A stretch of 64,000 nt of DNA from a bacterium (lineage in GTDB: Bacteria > Bdellovibrionota_C > UBA2361 > OMII01). Below the pieces are notes generated by a model. The model was given only the letters and a program-made list of their open reading frames with translations, did not search any database and was not told the DNA's origin. Made by a program: the position numbers and the translations under genes. Shown here one piece after another: positions 63,845 to 64,000 of this stretch. Each line of letters opens with the position of its first letter. The stretch's first letter is position 1. The DNA lies in the NCBI GenBank assembly GCA_017853915.1, contig JAFMIS010000001.1, forward strand, positions 2,010 to 66,009, in the 5' to 3' direction.

Positions 63845-64000
63845 TTATTTCACAATGATTGAGCCTAGTAGTCCTTGCGGAGACCCTTTCACACCGAAGA
63901 CGGTAAATGAATATGACCCCGCATCGTGAAAGCAGGTGGTGGCGAAATCTTTCGGCGCAATGGGTTTGATTGAACGCACCATGCCGTTTTCATTGATCTT
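63845..64000 (-). CDS. 3' end of a hypothetical protein (runs off window edge)
   Basis: Open frame KINENGMVRSIKPIAPKDFATTCFHDAGSYSFTVFGVKGSPQGLLGSIIVK*. Confidence 0.55.
   Translation of the reverse strand, partial: KINENGMVRSIKPIAPKDFATTCFHDAGSYSFTVFGVKGSPQGLLGSIIVK

Overview
Replication-origin region of a Gram-negative bacterial chromosome. The split atp operon, mlaEFDC and parAB-bactofilin-atpF'F gene order suggest a deltaproteobacteria-like lineage (inference). The window is mostly housekeeping: atpF'FHAGD, parAB with four parS sites, frameshifted prfB, phoH-HD-ybeY, cinA, ruvX-mltG, a MoxR/DUF58/vWA cluster, a nucleoside salvage trio, uvrD, rlmE-mlaEFDC-rnhA, gyrB-recF-dnaN-oriC-dnaA, atpBE, trxB, mutY, mnmG, glmU and icd. 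No CRISPR array, rRNA, tRNA or transposase was recognised. Best leads: (1) an uncalled 38-aa highly basic gene behind gyrB with a candidate promoter and RBS; (2) a BioF/SPT-fold protein missing the PLP-binding residues, as in eukaryotic LCB1; (3) atpBE lying between dnaA and a second DnaA-box cluster; (4) a ~210-bp MITE/RPE-like palindrome inside the MoxR cluster; (5) an uncalled 57-aa hydrophobic gene; (6) an NDT-ribokinase-small protein operon. All calls come from reading motifs by eye; no database searches were run.
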